This document shows positions 54,153 to 64,000 of a DNA stretch of 64,000 bases, piece after piece; within the stretch, counting starts at the first letter, position 1; each line of letters opens with the position of its first letter. A program made the position numbers and the translations under genes. Source of the DNA: an uncultured Pelagibacteraceae bacterium (GTDB lineage: Bacteria; Pseudomonadota; Alphaproteobacteria; Pelagibacterales; Pelagibacteraceae); NCBI GenBank assembly GCA_902634235.1, contig CACPJN010000003.1, positions 25,868-89,867 of the forward strand, given 5' to 3'. The notes under the pieces are model-generated. The model worked only from the letters and a program-made list of their open reading frames with translations, did not search any database and was not told the DNA's origin.

Positions 54153-55425
54153 CTTTGATTGTTGGTAGACAATAAAAATCAGCAGTATCTATTTTAGAAG
54201 AATACTGTCTTCGCATGTTCCATCTTTTATGAACCCCGGCACTTGCAAGACTGAGTGTTGATCTTCCATATCTATAATTAGTATTGTCTATTGACTGCAT
54301 TAGACTTTTTATTTTTTCATCTTTTTCAGATGAAAATAAATTTTTTCTTCCATCGTCATTACGTAATCCAGTGAGCATCACACCTGCTTTTTGATAGCGA
54401 TAGCCATTTTTGAATATGCTCTCAAGTATTGAAACTGCAGTTTTGACTGTTTCGATACTATTGTTTGTTGCAATTGGAAAATCGATAGTTTTTGAATTAG
54501 AATAATAACCATAATCTCTTTGAAAAGGACTGGTTCTTACAAATACTGTGATCGCTTTTGCAACCAGAGACTCTGATCTAATCTTTTCGGATGCATTTAA
54601 ACAATAGTTTGCAACTGCTTCTTTTAGTTCTTGAAAATTCTCAATTCTTTTTCCAAAAGATCTTGAAACTACGCAGCTTTTCCTTTTTGTTTGTGTAGTC
54701 TCTAAATCAATACAAGGAACTCCTCTAAGTTCCATTGCAGTCCTTGAACTTAAAACATTGGAACATTTTTTGATCCAAGTATTTGATTTATTCTTAAGTT
54801 GTTTAGCGTTATAGATACCATTTTTTTGATAAAATTTTGTAAGTTGTCTTCCAACGCCCCAAACATCATTAATTTCAACTTTTTCTAAAATAGGATCTAA
54901 ATTTTCTATGCCGATTAAACTAGTAACACCTGATTGCTTTTTTTTTGCGATATGATTTGCAACTTTACTCAATGTTTTGGTTTTAGCGATACCAATGCTA
55001 GTTGGGATGCCAGTCCATTGTAAGACGGTGTCTCTAATTTCTCTTCCAACTTTTTCAACTTCAGAGTCTGGAAAGTTTGATAAATCTATAAACGCTTCAT
55101 CAATTGAATAAACTTCGATTTCAGTATTAAATCTTTTAAGAGTTCTCATTACTCTTCTAGATAAATCTCCATATAAAGAATAATTTGAAGAAAATACCTC
55201 AACATTATTCTTAATAATGATATCTTTTCCTTTAAAATAAGGTTCGCCCATTTTAATTCCTAAGGCTTTCGCTTCATTAGATCTAGAGATAATACAACCA
55301 TCATTATTAGATAGTACAACTACAGGTTTTTTTCTTATTTTTGGATTAAATAATCTTTCACATGAAACATAGAAAGAATTACAGTCAACTAAGCCTATTT
55401 TTTTAGTACGTTGAATGGATGACAT
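54145..55425 (-). CDS. umuC: Y-family DNA polymerase V catalytic subunit
   Basis: LVDCNSFYVSCE, VVLSNNDGC, SSNYSLYGD, YSIDEAF, SRSFG and KAGVML. Confidence 0.94.
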   Translation of the reverse strand: MSSIQRTKKIGLVDCNSFYVSCERLFNPKIRKKPVVVLSNNDGCIISRSNEAKALGIKMGEPYFKGKDIIIKNNVEVFSSNYSLYGDLSRRVMRTLKRFNTEIEVYSIDEAFIDLSNFPDSEVEKVGREIRDTVLQWTGIPTSIGIAKTKTLSKVANHIAKKKQSGVTSLIGIENLDPILEKVEINDVWGVGRQLTKFYQKNGIYNAKQLKNKSNTWIKKCSNVLSSRTAMELRGVPCIDLETTQTKRKSCVVSRSFGKRIENFQELKEAVANYCLNASEKIRSESLVAKAITVFVRTSPFQRDYGYYSNSKTIDFPIATNNSIETVKTAVSILESIFKNGYRYQKAGVMLTGLRNDDGRKNLFSSEKDEKIKSLMQSIDNTNYRYGRSTLSLASAGVHKRWNMRRQYSSKIDTADFYCLPTIKAI

Positions 55426-55798
55426 AAGTCACAACCCCCCAAATAAAAACATCTTCTTCTTCATTAATTAAAATTCTATTAGAAAAATCTTTAGATCCCG
55501 AAGTTAAAAATTTTTTATCTCTTTCTTGAACTAAAGTTTTAACAACAAGTTCGTCATGAACATTTGCAATAACAGTTGAAAAATTCTTAGGTTTTAAACT
55601 TTTATCAACAACTAATAAGTCTCCATCATTAATCCCAGAATCAACCATGGATTTTCCTTGCACTCTAATGACGAAAGTAGCTGGAACATTTTTAATTAGA
55701 TGCATATTTAGATCAATATCTTCTTCAATATAATCGGTAGCAGGCGAGGGAAAACCAGCGCCAGCTTTATGTAGATAATATGGGATAGTCAACTTCAT
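55403..55798 (-). CDS. umuD: UmuD, S24 autopeptidase subunit of Pol V
   Basis: AGFPSPA cleavage site, GKSM catalytic Ser, VVK catalytic Lys, IWGVV. Confidence 0.92.
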   Translation of the reverse strand: MKLTIPYYLHKAGAGFPSPATDYIEEDIDLNMHLIKNVPATFVIRVQGKSMVDSGINDGDLLVVDKSLKPKNFSTVIANVHDELVVKTLVQERDKKFLTSGSKDFSNRILINEEEDVFIWGVVTYVIHSTY

Positions 55799-55813
55799 GT
55801 TCTTGTTTTGTTC
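55799..55813. promoter_or_regulatory. Alphaproteobacterial LexA (SOS) box at umuD
   Basis: GTTC-TTGTTTT-GTTC, an exact GTTC-N7-GTTC, touching the umuD start codon. Confidence 0.85.
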
Positions 55814-55816
55814 TAT

Positions 55817-55845
55817 TTTATAGCCTATTTATACAATACACGCAA
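55817..55845 (-). promoter_or_regulatory. Sigma70-type promoter of umuDC
   Basis: Minus strand TTGCGT-17 nt-TATAAA directly upstream of the LexA box. Confidence 0.7.
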
Positions 55846-55920
55846 GAGATTGTATTTTGAGTCTGTAATTGAATCAAAAGTGAATCAAAACATGAACATC
55901 AAAACTACATTTTGTATGCT

Positions 55921-55929
55921 TGTGGATAA
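55921..55929 (-). promoter_or_regulatory. Consensus DnaA box
   Basis: TGTGGATAA, the reverse complement of TTATCCACA, in intergenic DNA. Confidence 0.4.
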
Positions 55930-55954
55930 CTCAAACCAGAGATAGTTTAAATTA

Positions 55955-56332
55955 ATGTCAATTATAAGAAAACTTACTTGTCATTGTGGAGAAGTCGAAA
56001 TTCAAATTAATCTAAAAAAAAATATTGAAGAATTGATGAGATGTAATTGTTCTATGTGTAAAAGAAAAGGAACAATGGTTACAACAATAAACAAAAATGA
56101 TTTGAAGATTGTTAAGGGGGAGAGCAAAATTAAGACTTATCAATTTAACACTAAAGTAGCCAAGCATCATTTCTGCTCAGAGTGTGGAACTCATACACAT
56201 AACTTAAGGAGAAGTGACCCAAATACTTATGGTATTAATGTAGGGTGTATTGATGAAATAGAACCAAATGAATTATTTAAACTTAAGACCTTTGTAAATG
56301 ATGGTCAAAATCATATAAAAGATAGAAAATAA
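55955..56332 (+). CDS. GFA/CENP-V family zinc protein, copy 1
   Basis: CHCG, CNCSMC and FCSECG. Confidence 0.88.
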   Translation: MSIIRKLTCHCGEVEIQINLKKNIEELMRCNCSMCKRKGTMVTTINKNDLKIVKGESKIKTYQFNTKVAKHHFCSECGTHTHNLRRSDPNTYGINVGCIDEIEPNELFKLKTFVNDGQNHIKDRK

Positions 56333-56334
56333 AA

Positions 56335-56697
56335 ATGAAAAAATTAGTATGTCATTGTGGAGCTATAGAGGCAGAAATAAATCTAGAAGGAGATTTAGCC
56401 AAAGTAATAAAGTGCAACTGTTCTATTTGTAAAAGAAAAGGAGCAATTATGTCGATGGTGAAAAATGAGGATTTTAAAATTATAAAAGGAGAAGAAAAAT
56501 TAAAACTTTATCAATTTCATTCAAAAGTTGCCAAACATTACTTTTGTTCTGACTGTGGAATTTATACCCATCACAACCCAAGAATTAATCCTGCTATGAC
56601 AGGATTTAATGTTGGATGCATTGATGAAATAAATACCTTCGATATGAAAGAAATTCCAGTAAATGATGGTCAAAATCATCCATTAGATAAAAAATAA
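56335..56697 (+). CDS. GFA/CENP-V family zinc protein, copy 2
   Basis: CHCG, CNCSIC and FCSDCG. Confidence 0.88.
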   Translation: MKKLVCHCGAIEAEINLEGDLAKVIKCNCSICKRKGAIMSMVKNEDFKIIKGEEKLKLYQFHSKVAKHYFCSDCGIYTHHNPRINPAMTGFNVGCIDEINTFDMKEIPVNDGQNHPLDKK

Positions 56698-56702
56698 TTT
56701 TT

Positions 56703-57632
56703 ATGCAACAATTCAGTTTATGTTTTGATAAGGTAAAAAAAGATTGCCTAAGGTTTATTAAGTCTCAGGAAACAAAAGCTGATAGATTCAAAAACAAGGA
56801 AAAAATGATTAAATCCTTTTTGATCCCATTATGTTTCTGGATAAATAATAAAGCTAACAAAAAAAAACCCTATTTTGTTGGTTTAGCTGGGGGCCAAGGA
56901 ACGGGCAAAACAACAGTTAGTTCTATAATTAAAATTATTCTTATTAAAAATTTTAATCTAAAAGTTTTTAGAATTTCAATAGATGATTTTTACAAAACAA
57001 GAAAAGAGAGGATAAATCTTTCAAGAAGGGTGCATCCTTTACTTTTAACAAGAGGAGTGCCAGGTACTCACGATGTAAATATGATGTTGAGTTTTTTTAG
57101 AAAAGTAAAAAACAAATCATTTAAACGATTAAAACTTCCAACTTTCAATAAAGCAGTTGATGATAGATTTAAAAAAAGTAATTGGTATGATCTAAAAGAT
57201 AAACCAGATGTGATTATTTTTGAAGGATGGTGTGTTGGCGCAAAGCCTGAAAAAAATAATACTTTAAAAAGATCTATTAATTCAATGGAAAAGTTAAAAG
57301 ACCAAAAACAAATTTGGAGAAAATATGTTAACCAACAATTGAAATCAAAATACAAAAACTTATATTCACAATTGAATTGTTTAATTTATCTAAAAGCTAA
57401 AAATTTTAATTTACTCCAAAAATGGAGATTAAAACAGGAACGTAAACTTTGGCTAAATAATACGAGCAAATTGGACTTAAAAATTATGAGTAAAAGCGAT
57501 GTAATTAGTTTTATGCAAACTTATCAAAGAATCACACAAAATATGTTTAAATACATGCCCAAATATGCATCAATTATTCTGAATTTAGATAGTAATCATC
57601 AAATTAAAAATGCATTATATAAAAAGCAATGA
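56703..57632 (+). CDS. P-loop kinase, plant-type D-glycerate 3-kinase (GLYK)-like
   Basis: GGQGTGKTT, SIDDFY, RGVPGTHD, FNKAVDDR, FEGWCVG and WRLKQE. Confidence 0.7.
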   Translation: MQQFSLCFDKVKKDCLRFIKSQETKADRFKNKEKMIKSFLIPLCFWINNKANKKKPYFVGLAGGQGTGKTTVSSIIKIILIKNFNLKVFRISIDDFYKTRKERINLSRRVHPLLLTRGVPGTHDVNMMLSFFRKVKNKSFKRLKLPTFNKAVDDRFKKSNWYDLKDKPDVIIFEGWCVGAKPEKNNTLKRSINSMEKLKDQKQIWRKYVNQQLKSKYKNLYSQLNCLIYLKAKNFNLLQKWRLKQERKLWLNNTSKLDLKIMSKSDVISFMQTYQRITQNMFKYMPKYASIILNLDSNHQIKNALYKKQ

Positions 57633-58927
57633 AAATTTTCTTAAGTATATTTTTTTTATTATTTTGTTTTTATAATTTTGCAGGAGCTGAAACATTTAAA
57701 TCAGCTTTAAAAAAAGCTTATGAGAACAACTCAGAACTTAATGCTGAAAGGGAAAGTATCAATATTTCAAAGCAAGAACTAAATGTTTCTAAGAGCGCTT
57801 ATTTTCCAACTATAACTGTTACTGGTAAAAAAAGTGAGGAAAATACTGAAAAATTAACAAAACAAAGTGGAGGAGACGCAAGATTAGATGACGTTGATCC
57901 AACTGAACAGTCGATTACAATTACTCAAACGTTGGTAGATTTTGGTCGAAAAGCTGAACTTGAAAAGAGTAAGATAGGATTAGAATTAGCGAAAGCAAAA
58001 TTATTAAAAAAAGAGCAAGATATTTTATATAAGTCAGTTGAAGCTTATACTGGGCTGATATCGGCGAATGAAAAATTCAAATTTAATCAGTCAAACGTAA
58101 ATTTATTGGAAAGACAAGTTGAAACTGATAGAATTAGATTAGAAAGGGGGCAGATAACCTTATCTGACGTAGCACAATCAGAGTCATCTTTTGCTGAAGC
58201 CAAAGCTAAGTTGATCCAATCAGAAAATGACTTCTTAATATCAGTTCTTAATTATAAAAATGTAATTGGAAAAATATCAGATCCAGAATTATTAGATAAA
58301 TCATCAATAATAGAGGTTAGATTGCCAACGGGACTTGAAAATGCAATTGAACTTTCAAAAAAAAATAATCCAGACCTTATTATTTCAAAACTTGAGTACG
58401 AGCAGTCGAAAAAAGATACATCAAATGCAAAGTCTGATTTAGCACCAACTGCAAATCTTTCTTTTGATAAATCGAAAACGGAGGATCTAAGTGCAACATA
58501 TGATGAGAGAGAAAAAGATACTTTAAGTGCTACAGTAACTTGGCCTTTTTACTCAGGTGGTAAAAACATTGCATCCTTAAAAAAGAGTCGCAGTTTAGAA
58601 TTACAGAAAAGTTTATTACTAGATAATATGACTAAAGAAAATTTGACAAATGTAACGAGCGCGTGGTCTAATTATCAATCAAATCAAAGTTTATTGAATT
58701 CTGTCAAATCTCAAGTTGATGCAGCTGAGATCGCCAGTGAGGGAATTCAAGCCGAATACAATAGCGGGTCAAATAAAAGAACTACCCTTGAAGTTATCCA
58801 GTCGAATTCTTTATTATTAGATTCACAAATTTCCCTTTCAAACTCAGAGAGAAACTTTATTCTCTCTCAATTTAATCTCCTAAAATCAGTCGGTTTACTT
58901 ACGAGTGACTACCTAAAAATTAGGTAA
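57629..58927 (+). CDS. tolC: TolC family outer membrane protein
   Basis: Signal peptide, AYENNSEL, YFPTI, WPFYSGG and RTTLEVI; two OEP repeats. Confidence 0.88.
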   Translation: MKIFLSIFFLLFCFYNFAGAETFKSALKKAYENNSELNAERESINISKQELNVSKSAYFPTITVTGKKSEENTEKLTKQSGGDARLDDVDPTEQSITITQTLVDFGRKAELEKSKIGLELAKAKLLKKEQDILYKSVEAYTGLISANEKFKFNQSNVNLLERQVETDRIRLERGQITLSDVAQSESSFAEAKAKLIQSENDFLISVLNYKNVIGKISDPELLDKSSIIEVRLPTGLENAIELSKKNNPDLIISKLEYEQSKKDTSNAKSDLAPTANLSFDKSKTEDLSATYDEREKDTLSATVTWPFYSGGKNIASLKKSRSLELQKSLLLDNMTKENLTNVTSAWSNYQSNQSLLNSVKSQVDAAEIASEGIQAEYNSGSNKRTTLEVIQSNSLLLDSQISLSNSERNFILSQFNLLKSVGLLTSDYLKIR

Positions 58928-58959
58928 TATTTGATTTTTTGGCCTAAAATAAATAAATC

Positions 58960-58987
58960 TTGATAATGAGAACAAAATGTGTACATT
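58960..58987 (+). promoter_or_regulatory. recA promoter with an overlapping LexA box
   Basis: TTGATA-16 nt-TACATT containing GAAC-AAAATGT-GTAC (58970-58984). Confidence 0.75.
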
Positions 58988-59033
58988 TATTTCATGATTC
59001 GTAAGTTAAAAAAATTAAAAAAAGAGGCAAAAA

Positions 59034-60182
59034 ATGACGAAAAATAACCTAAAAGTAGTTAAATCTACCAAAGATCAAGAAATGGACGTTAAAGAAAAGA
59101 ACAAAGCATTAGATGCTGCAATCAGCCAGATAACTGACAACTTCGGAAAAGGTTCAGTTATGAAGTTAGGCGAAAAAAGAGCAATGGATATCGAGTCGAT
59201 TTCTACAGGTTCTTTAAGTTTGGATTTAGCTTTAGGAATAGGCGGTCTACCTAAAGGAAGGATTGTAGAAGTTTATGGACCAGAGTCTTCTGGAAAAACA
59301 ACATTAGCATTACAAGTTGTTGCTGAAGCCCAAAAGGCAGGTGGAATTTGTGCATTCGTAGATGCGGAGCATGCTTTAGATCCAGTTTATGCAAAAAAAT
59401 TAGGAGTAAATACTGAGGAGCTTTTAATTTCACAACCAGATGCTGGTGAACAAGCTTTAGAAATAGCAGATACACTAGTAAAATCAGGCTCTATTTCAGT
59501 TATCGTAATTGACTCTGTTGCAGCTTTAACTCCAAAGGCTGAAATTGAAGGTGAGATGGGAGATCATCACGTTGGTCTTCAGTCAAGATTAATGAGTCAG
59601 GCTTTAAGAAAATTAACTGGTTCAATTTCAAACACAAACACAATGATGATTTTCATTAATCAAATCAGAATGAAAATTGGAGTTATGTTTGGAAGCCCAG
59701 AAACAACATCAGGTGGTAACGCACTTAAGTTTTACTCATCTGTAAGAATGGATATTAGAAGAATTGGTGCCATCAAAGATAAAGATGAAATTATAGGCAA
59801 CACTACAAGAGTAAAAGTAGTTAAGAATAAAGTTGCACCACCATTTAAAGTTGTTGAGTTTGATTTGATGTATGGAAGAGGTATTAGCAAAATGGGTGAG
59901 TTAGTCGATCTAGGTGCTAAAGCTGACATTATAGAAAAATCAGGAGCATGGTATGCTTATAAGGGTGAAAAAATAGGTCAAGGTAGAGAAAATGCAAAAA
60001 CTTATCTTGCACAAAACCCTAAAGTTGCTGCAGAAATAGAAATGGCAATTAGAGAAAAAGCTGGTGTGATTTCAAAGAAAATTGAAGGAAATCCATTAAG
60101 TCCTGAAAAAATTGAAAAGGAGAAGAAAGTAGCAGAAAAAGAAGAGGCTGCAAAAGAGACTGCTCCTACTAAAAAGAACTAG
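59034..60182 (+). CDS. recA: Recombinase RecA
   Basis: [40 protein letters not shown] and KNKVAPP. Confidence 0.99.
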   Translation: MTKNNLKVVKSTKDQEMDVKEKNKALDAAISQITDNFGKGSVMKLGEKRAMDIESISTGSLSLDLALGIGGLPKGRIVEVYGPESSGKTTLALQVVAEAQKAGGICAFVDAEHALDPVYAKKLGVNTEELLISQPDAGEQALEIADTLVKSGSISVIVIDSVAALTPKAEIEGEMGDHHVGLQSRLMSQALRKLTGSISNTNTMMIFINQIRMKIGVMFGSPETTSGGNALKFYSSVRMDIRRIGAIKDKDEIIGNTTRVKVVKNKVAPPFKVVEFDLMYGRGISKMGELVDLGAKADIIEKSGAWYAYKGEKIGQGRENAKTYLAQNPKVAAEIEMAIREKAGVISKKIEGNPLSPEKIEKEKKVAEKEEAAKETAPTKKN

Positions 60183-60206
60183 AATTAAAGGTCATCTTTA
60201 AATTAT

Positions 60207-60231
60207 AAAGGCGCTTATTATAAGCGCCTTT
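60207..60231 (+). terminator. Hairpin after recA, possible terminator
   Basis: AAAGGCGCTTA-TTA-TAAGCGCCTTT perfect stem; the U-tract is weak. Confidence 0.6.
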
Positions 60232-60281
60232 CCCCCTTATCGTTATCTAGACATAGAACAAAAAAGCTGTATTTTAAAAAT

Positions 60282-62948
60282 ATGGTGGACAAATCATTAA
60301 ATGAAATAAGAAGTACGTTTCTTAAATACTTCGAAAAAAACGATCATAAGATTGTTGAATCTAGCAATTTAGTCCCAAATAACGATCCAACTTTAATGTT
60401 TGCTAATTCAGGAATGGTTCAGTTTAAAAATGTATTTACTGGCTTAGAGAAAAGAGATTATCAAAGAGCAACTACCTCACAAAAGTGTGTTAGAGCAGGC
60501 GGTAAACATAATGATTTAGAAAATGTTGGTTATACACCAAGACATCATACTTTCTTTGAAATGTTGGGAAACTTTTCTTTTGGAGATTATTTTAAAGAAA
60601 GAGGAATTGAACTTGCGTGGAATTTAATCACTAAAGATTTTAGTTTAGATAAAAATAGACTTTATGTAACCGTTTTTCATGAAGATGATGAAGCTTTTAA
60701 TTTCTGGAAGAAAATAGCGGGTTTTAGTGATGACAGGATAATTAGAATTGCAACATCAGATAACTTTTGGTCGATGGGTGAAACTGGTCCATGCGGTCCT
60801 TGCTCAGAAATATTTTACGATCATGGTGATCATTTAAAAGGAGGATTGCCAGGGACTAAAGATCAAGATGGAGATCGTTTTATTGAAATTTGGAATTTAG
60901 TCTTTATGCAGTATGAGCAAGTTTCAAAAGATAAAAGAATTGATTTGCCAAAACCATCAGTTGATACAGGAATGGGGTTAGAGAGAATTGCAGCTCTATT
61001 ACAAGGTACACATGATAATTATCAAACTGATCACTTTAAGAAATTAATTAGCTCAATATCTGATGCAACAAAAGTCAAACAAGAAGATAAAAATATATCA
61101 AGTTTTAGAGTAATTGCTGATCACTTAAGGGCAAGTTCATTTCTATTAGCTGAAGGTGTTTTACCTTCCAATGAAGGTCGTGGATATGTTTTAAGAAGAA
61201 TTATGAGAAGAGGAATGAGGCATTCTCATTTGTTAGGTTCAAAAGAACCAATTTTTTATAAAATTTTTGACTCATTAAAAAATGAGATGTCAGGAAATTA
61301 TCCAGAGCTTGAAAGATCTCAATCTTTAATCAAAGAAACTTTAAGAATGGAGGAGGAAAAATTTTTAGTTTTACTTGATAGAGGTATCAAAATTTTAAAC
61401 GATGAAATTGCGAAGATAGATAAAGTTTTACCTGGTGATATCGCTTTCAAATTATATGATACCTATGGTTTTCCATTAGATCTTACTGAAGATATTTTAA
61501 AAAATAAATCCTTAAAAGTTGACCATCAGAAATTTGATGAATTAATGAAAAAGAGCAAAGAACTAGCAAAAAAGAATTGGAAAGGTTCTGGAGATAGTTC
61601 TGAAGAGGCAATTTGGTTTTCAATTAAAGATAAAACTGGTCCAACAGAATTTTTAGGTTACGAGTCTAATCAATCTGAAGGTGTTATATTAAACTTAATT
61701 AAAGATAACAAAGAAACAAAATCTTTATCTACCGGCGAAGTGGGGATGATTATTACCAATCAAACCCCGTTTTATGGAGAGTCAGGAGGACAACTTGGAG
61801 ACAAAGGTACAATTGTTTCTGGTAATTCTGTTTTTGAAGTAGAAGATACACAAAAAAAACTTGGAGACTTATTTGTTCATTATGGATCTTTGAAAACTGG
61901 AGAAATAAAAATCAATGATGTAGTGGAAATGAAAATAGATGTTGAGAGAAGAGATAATTTAAAAGCTTACCATTCTGCTACACACTTACTTCATGAGTCA
62001 TTAAGAAGAACCCTAGGTAAACATGTTATGCAAAAAGGATCATTAGTTGCTCCAGATAGATTAAGATTTGACTTTAGTCATATGAAACCAATTACCAATG
62101 AAGAATTAGAAACTATCGATAAATTAGTTAATGAATATGTTTCAAATAGTTCTGAAGTAACAACAAGAATTATGACACTAAAAGCTGCAATCGAAAAAGG
62201 AGCACTTGCTTTTTTTGGAGAAAAATATGGAGAAGAAGTCCGTGTAGTATCCATGGGAAAGGAAAAAGAAACATACTTTTCAACAGAGTTATGTGGAGGA
62301 ACACATGTCAAAAATACCAGTGATATTGGAAAATTTAAAACTGTAAGCCAATCATCTATTGCTGCAGGTGTTAGAAGAGTTGAAGCTTTAAGAGATAAGC
62401 AACTTGAGGATTTTATTAAGAATAAAGAAAAATTATCAACTTTATCAACTCAAAAAGATGAAGAAATGATTAAAGATTTGTCATCGCAAATAATAAAACT
62501 TGGAGGCAAACCAAATGTTGATAATAAAGATTTAAAAGAAATCATAAAAAATCTTTCAAGACAACTTGAACAATTAAATGTTAGTTCGGTTCTTCAGGAT
62601 AAAACAAAAAATATTATTAAGGATGATAAAATAAATAATATAAAGGTTAGATTTCAAAAGGTGCAAGATTTACCTCCCAAAGATTTGAGAAAATTAGTTG
62701 ATAATGGTAAAAAAGAATTAGGAGATGGTATTATAGTAGTTTTTGCAAGCAGTGAAGACAAGGTCGGTCTAGCAGTTGGTATTACTGAAAAATTAGTTGA
62801 TAAATATGATGCTGTAAAATTTGCAAAATTAGGCTCAGAAACTATAGGTGGAAAAGGGGGAGGTGGTAGAAAAGATTTTGCCCAAGCAGGAGGCCAAGAT
62901 CAAAGTAAAATTGATGAAGCCTTTGAAAAAATTAAGTCTTTAATTTAA
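60282..62948 (+). CDS. alaS: Alanine-tRNA ligase
   Basis: [52 protein letters not shown] and GGKGGG. Confidence 0.98.
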   Translation: MVDKSLNEIRSTFLKYFEKNDHKIVESSNLVPNNDPTLMFANSGMVQFKNVFTGLEKRDYQRATTSQKCVRAGGKHNDLENVGYTPRHHTFFEMLGNFSFGDYFKERGIELAWNLITKDFSLDKNRLYVTVFHEDDEAFNFWKKIAGFSDDRIIRIATSDNFWSMGETGPCGPCSEIFYDHGDHLKGGLPGTKDQDGDRFIEIWNLVFMQYEQVSKDKRIDLPKPSVDTGMGLERIAALLQGTHDNYQTDHFKKLISSISDATKVKQEDKNISSFRVIADHLRASSFLLAEGVLPSNEGRGYVLRRIMRRGMRHSHLLGSKEPIFYKIFDSLKNEMSGNYPELERSQSLIKETLRMEEEKFLVLLDRGIKILNDEIAKIDKVLPGDIAFKLYDTYGFPLDLTEDILKNKSLKVDHQKFDELMKKSKELAKKNWKGSGDSSEEAIWFSIKDKTGPTEFLGYESNQSEGVILNLIKDNKETKSLSTGEVGMIITNQTPFYGESGGQLGDKGTIVSGNSVFEVEDTQKKLGDLFVHYGSLKTGEIKINDVVEMKIDVERRDNLKAYHSATHLLHESLRRTLGKHVMQKGSLVAPDRLRFDFSHMKPITNEELETIDKLVNEYVSNSSEVTTRIMTLKAAIEKGALAFFGEKYGEEVRVVSMGKEKETYFSTELCGGTHVKNTSDIGKFKTVSQSSIAAGVRRVEALRDKQLEDFIKNKEKLSTLSTQKDEEMIKDLSSQIIKLGGKPNVDNKDLKEIIKNLSRQLEQLNVSSVLQDKTKNIIKDDKINNIKVRFQKVQDLPPKDLRKLVDNGKKELGDGIIVVFASSEDKVGLAVGITEKLVDKYDAVKFAKLGSETIGGKGGGGRKDFAQAGGQDQSKIDEAFEKIKSLI

Positions 62949-64000
62949 TTTCTTTTTTAAATTTTTATCAATTTCATCTAAAAATTGATTTGTAGTTAAA
63001 TATTTACTTGATGGACCAATTAATATTGCTAAATCTTTAGTCATCGATCCACTTTCAACACATCCGATACAAACTTGCTCAATCGTATTAGCAAATTTTA
63101 TTAATTCATTATTACTATCCAATTTTCCTCTGTGTGCTAATCCTCTAGTCCAAGCAAATATTGATGCAATTGGATTTGTTGATGTTTCTTTACCTTGTTG
63201 ATGCATTCTGAAATGACGAGTAACTGTGCCATGAGCCGCCTCTGCTTCCATAACTTTTCCATCTGGAGTTAACAATGTACTAGTCATTAGTCCTAAAGAA
63301 CCATAACCTTGAGCCATAGTATCGGATTGAACATCACCATCATAATTTTTACATGCCCAGATATATTTACCACTCCATTTCATTGCACACGCAACCATGT
63401 CATCAATTAATCTATGTTCGTATGTTAATTTGTTTTTTTCAAAATCTTTTTTATATTCTTTGTCAAAAATTTCTTGAAATATATCTTTAAATCTACCGTC
63501 ATATTTTTTTAAAATTGTATTTTTTGTAGACATATATACTGGCCACTTTTTAATTAAGCCGTAACTAAAACATGATCTTGCAAAATCTTGAATAGATTTG
63601 TCTAAATTATACATCGAAAGTGCAACACCTGGACCAGTGAAATTAAAGACCTCGTATTTTATTTCATCTTTACCATCTTCAGATGTCCATTTGACTTCCA
63701 TCTTTCCTTTTCCAGGAACTTTAAAATCTGTTGCTCTGTATTGATCACCAAATGCGTGCCTTCCAATAATCACAGGATCAGTCCATGAGGGAACTAGCTT
63801 TGGAATATTTGAACAGATAATTGGTTCTCTAAATACTGTTCCTCCAATTATATTTCTAATTGTTCCATTAGGAGATCTCCACATTTTCTTTAATCCAAAC
63901 TCTTCAACTCTGGCCTCGTCAGGTGTTATTGTTGCACATTTAATTCCAACTCCAAATTTTTTAATTGCATTGGCTGAGTCGATCGTGATTTGATCATCAG
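62940..64000 (-). CDS. icd: NADP-dependent isocitrate dehydrogenase (5' part outside the window)
   Basis: [23 protein letters not shown] continuing past the ORF-track start, [16 protein letters not shown] and [10 protein letters not shown]. Confidence 0.96.
   Translation of the reverse strand, partial: DDQITIDSANAIKKFGVGIKCATITPDEARVEEFGLKKMWRSPNGTIRNIIGGTVFREPIICSNIPKLVPSWTDPVIIGRHAFGDQYRATDFKVPGKGKMEVKWTSEDGKDEIKYEVFNFTGPGVALSMYNLDKSIQDFARSCFSYGLIKKWPVYMSTKNTILKKYDGRFKDIFQEIFDKEYKKDFEKNKLTYEHRLIDDMVACAMKWSGKYIWACKNYDGDVQSDTMAQGYGSLGLMTSTLLTPDGKVMEAEAAHGTVTRHFRMHQQGKETSTNPIASIFAWTRGLAHRGKLDSNNELIKFANTIEQVCIGCVESGSMTKDLAILIGPSSKYLTTNQFLDEIDKNLKKKLN

Noticed and set aside
55921-55929. Replication origin at the umuD/GFA spacer
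   Set aside because: Only one DnaA box is present, with no box cluster and no origin-associated genes.

Overview
This is a very AT-rich, gene-dense chromosomal segment of a streamlined alphaproteobacterium, most likely Pelagibacterales (SAR11). That call rests on the tiny or overlapping intergenic spaces, alphaproteobacterial gene order, a SAR11-style proteorhodopsin leader and alpha-type LexA boxes. Most of it is core genome: tkt-gap-pgk-fba, zapA-fau-ymdB-yebC-ruvC-tol/pal-cpoB-tilS-ftsH-folP-glmM-thiD-purA, rpoH, rluD, isoprenoid genes, aroC, glyQS, ppdK, nadAC, pyrC, prpE, a blue-tuned proteorhodopsin, fdx-FNR-GST, dksA, ppc, umuDC, recA, alaS, partial icd, and two tRNAs. I saw no CRISPR, IS, integrase or prophage. 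The best leads are: (1) two unannotated membrane microproteins translationally coupled to a Zn-free DksA with a Lys-rich N-terminus; (2) a MOC1/phage-type Holliday junction resolvase at the ruvC position, with ruvA/ruvB/ybgC absent from the locus; (3) a tightly linked GT39-GT2-ppc-alginate-lyase-like operon; (4) a rare tRNA-Arg(UCG); (5) a GAPDH with an NADP-type signature; (6) no 6S RNA between zapA and fau, and no nadB between nadA and nadC. All family calls come from motif recognition by eye; no database searches were run.
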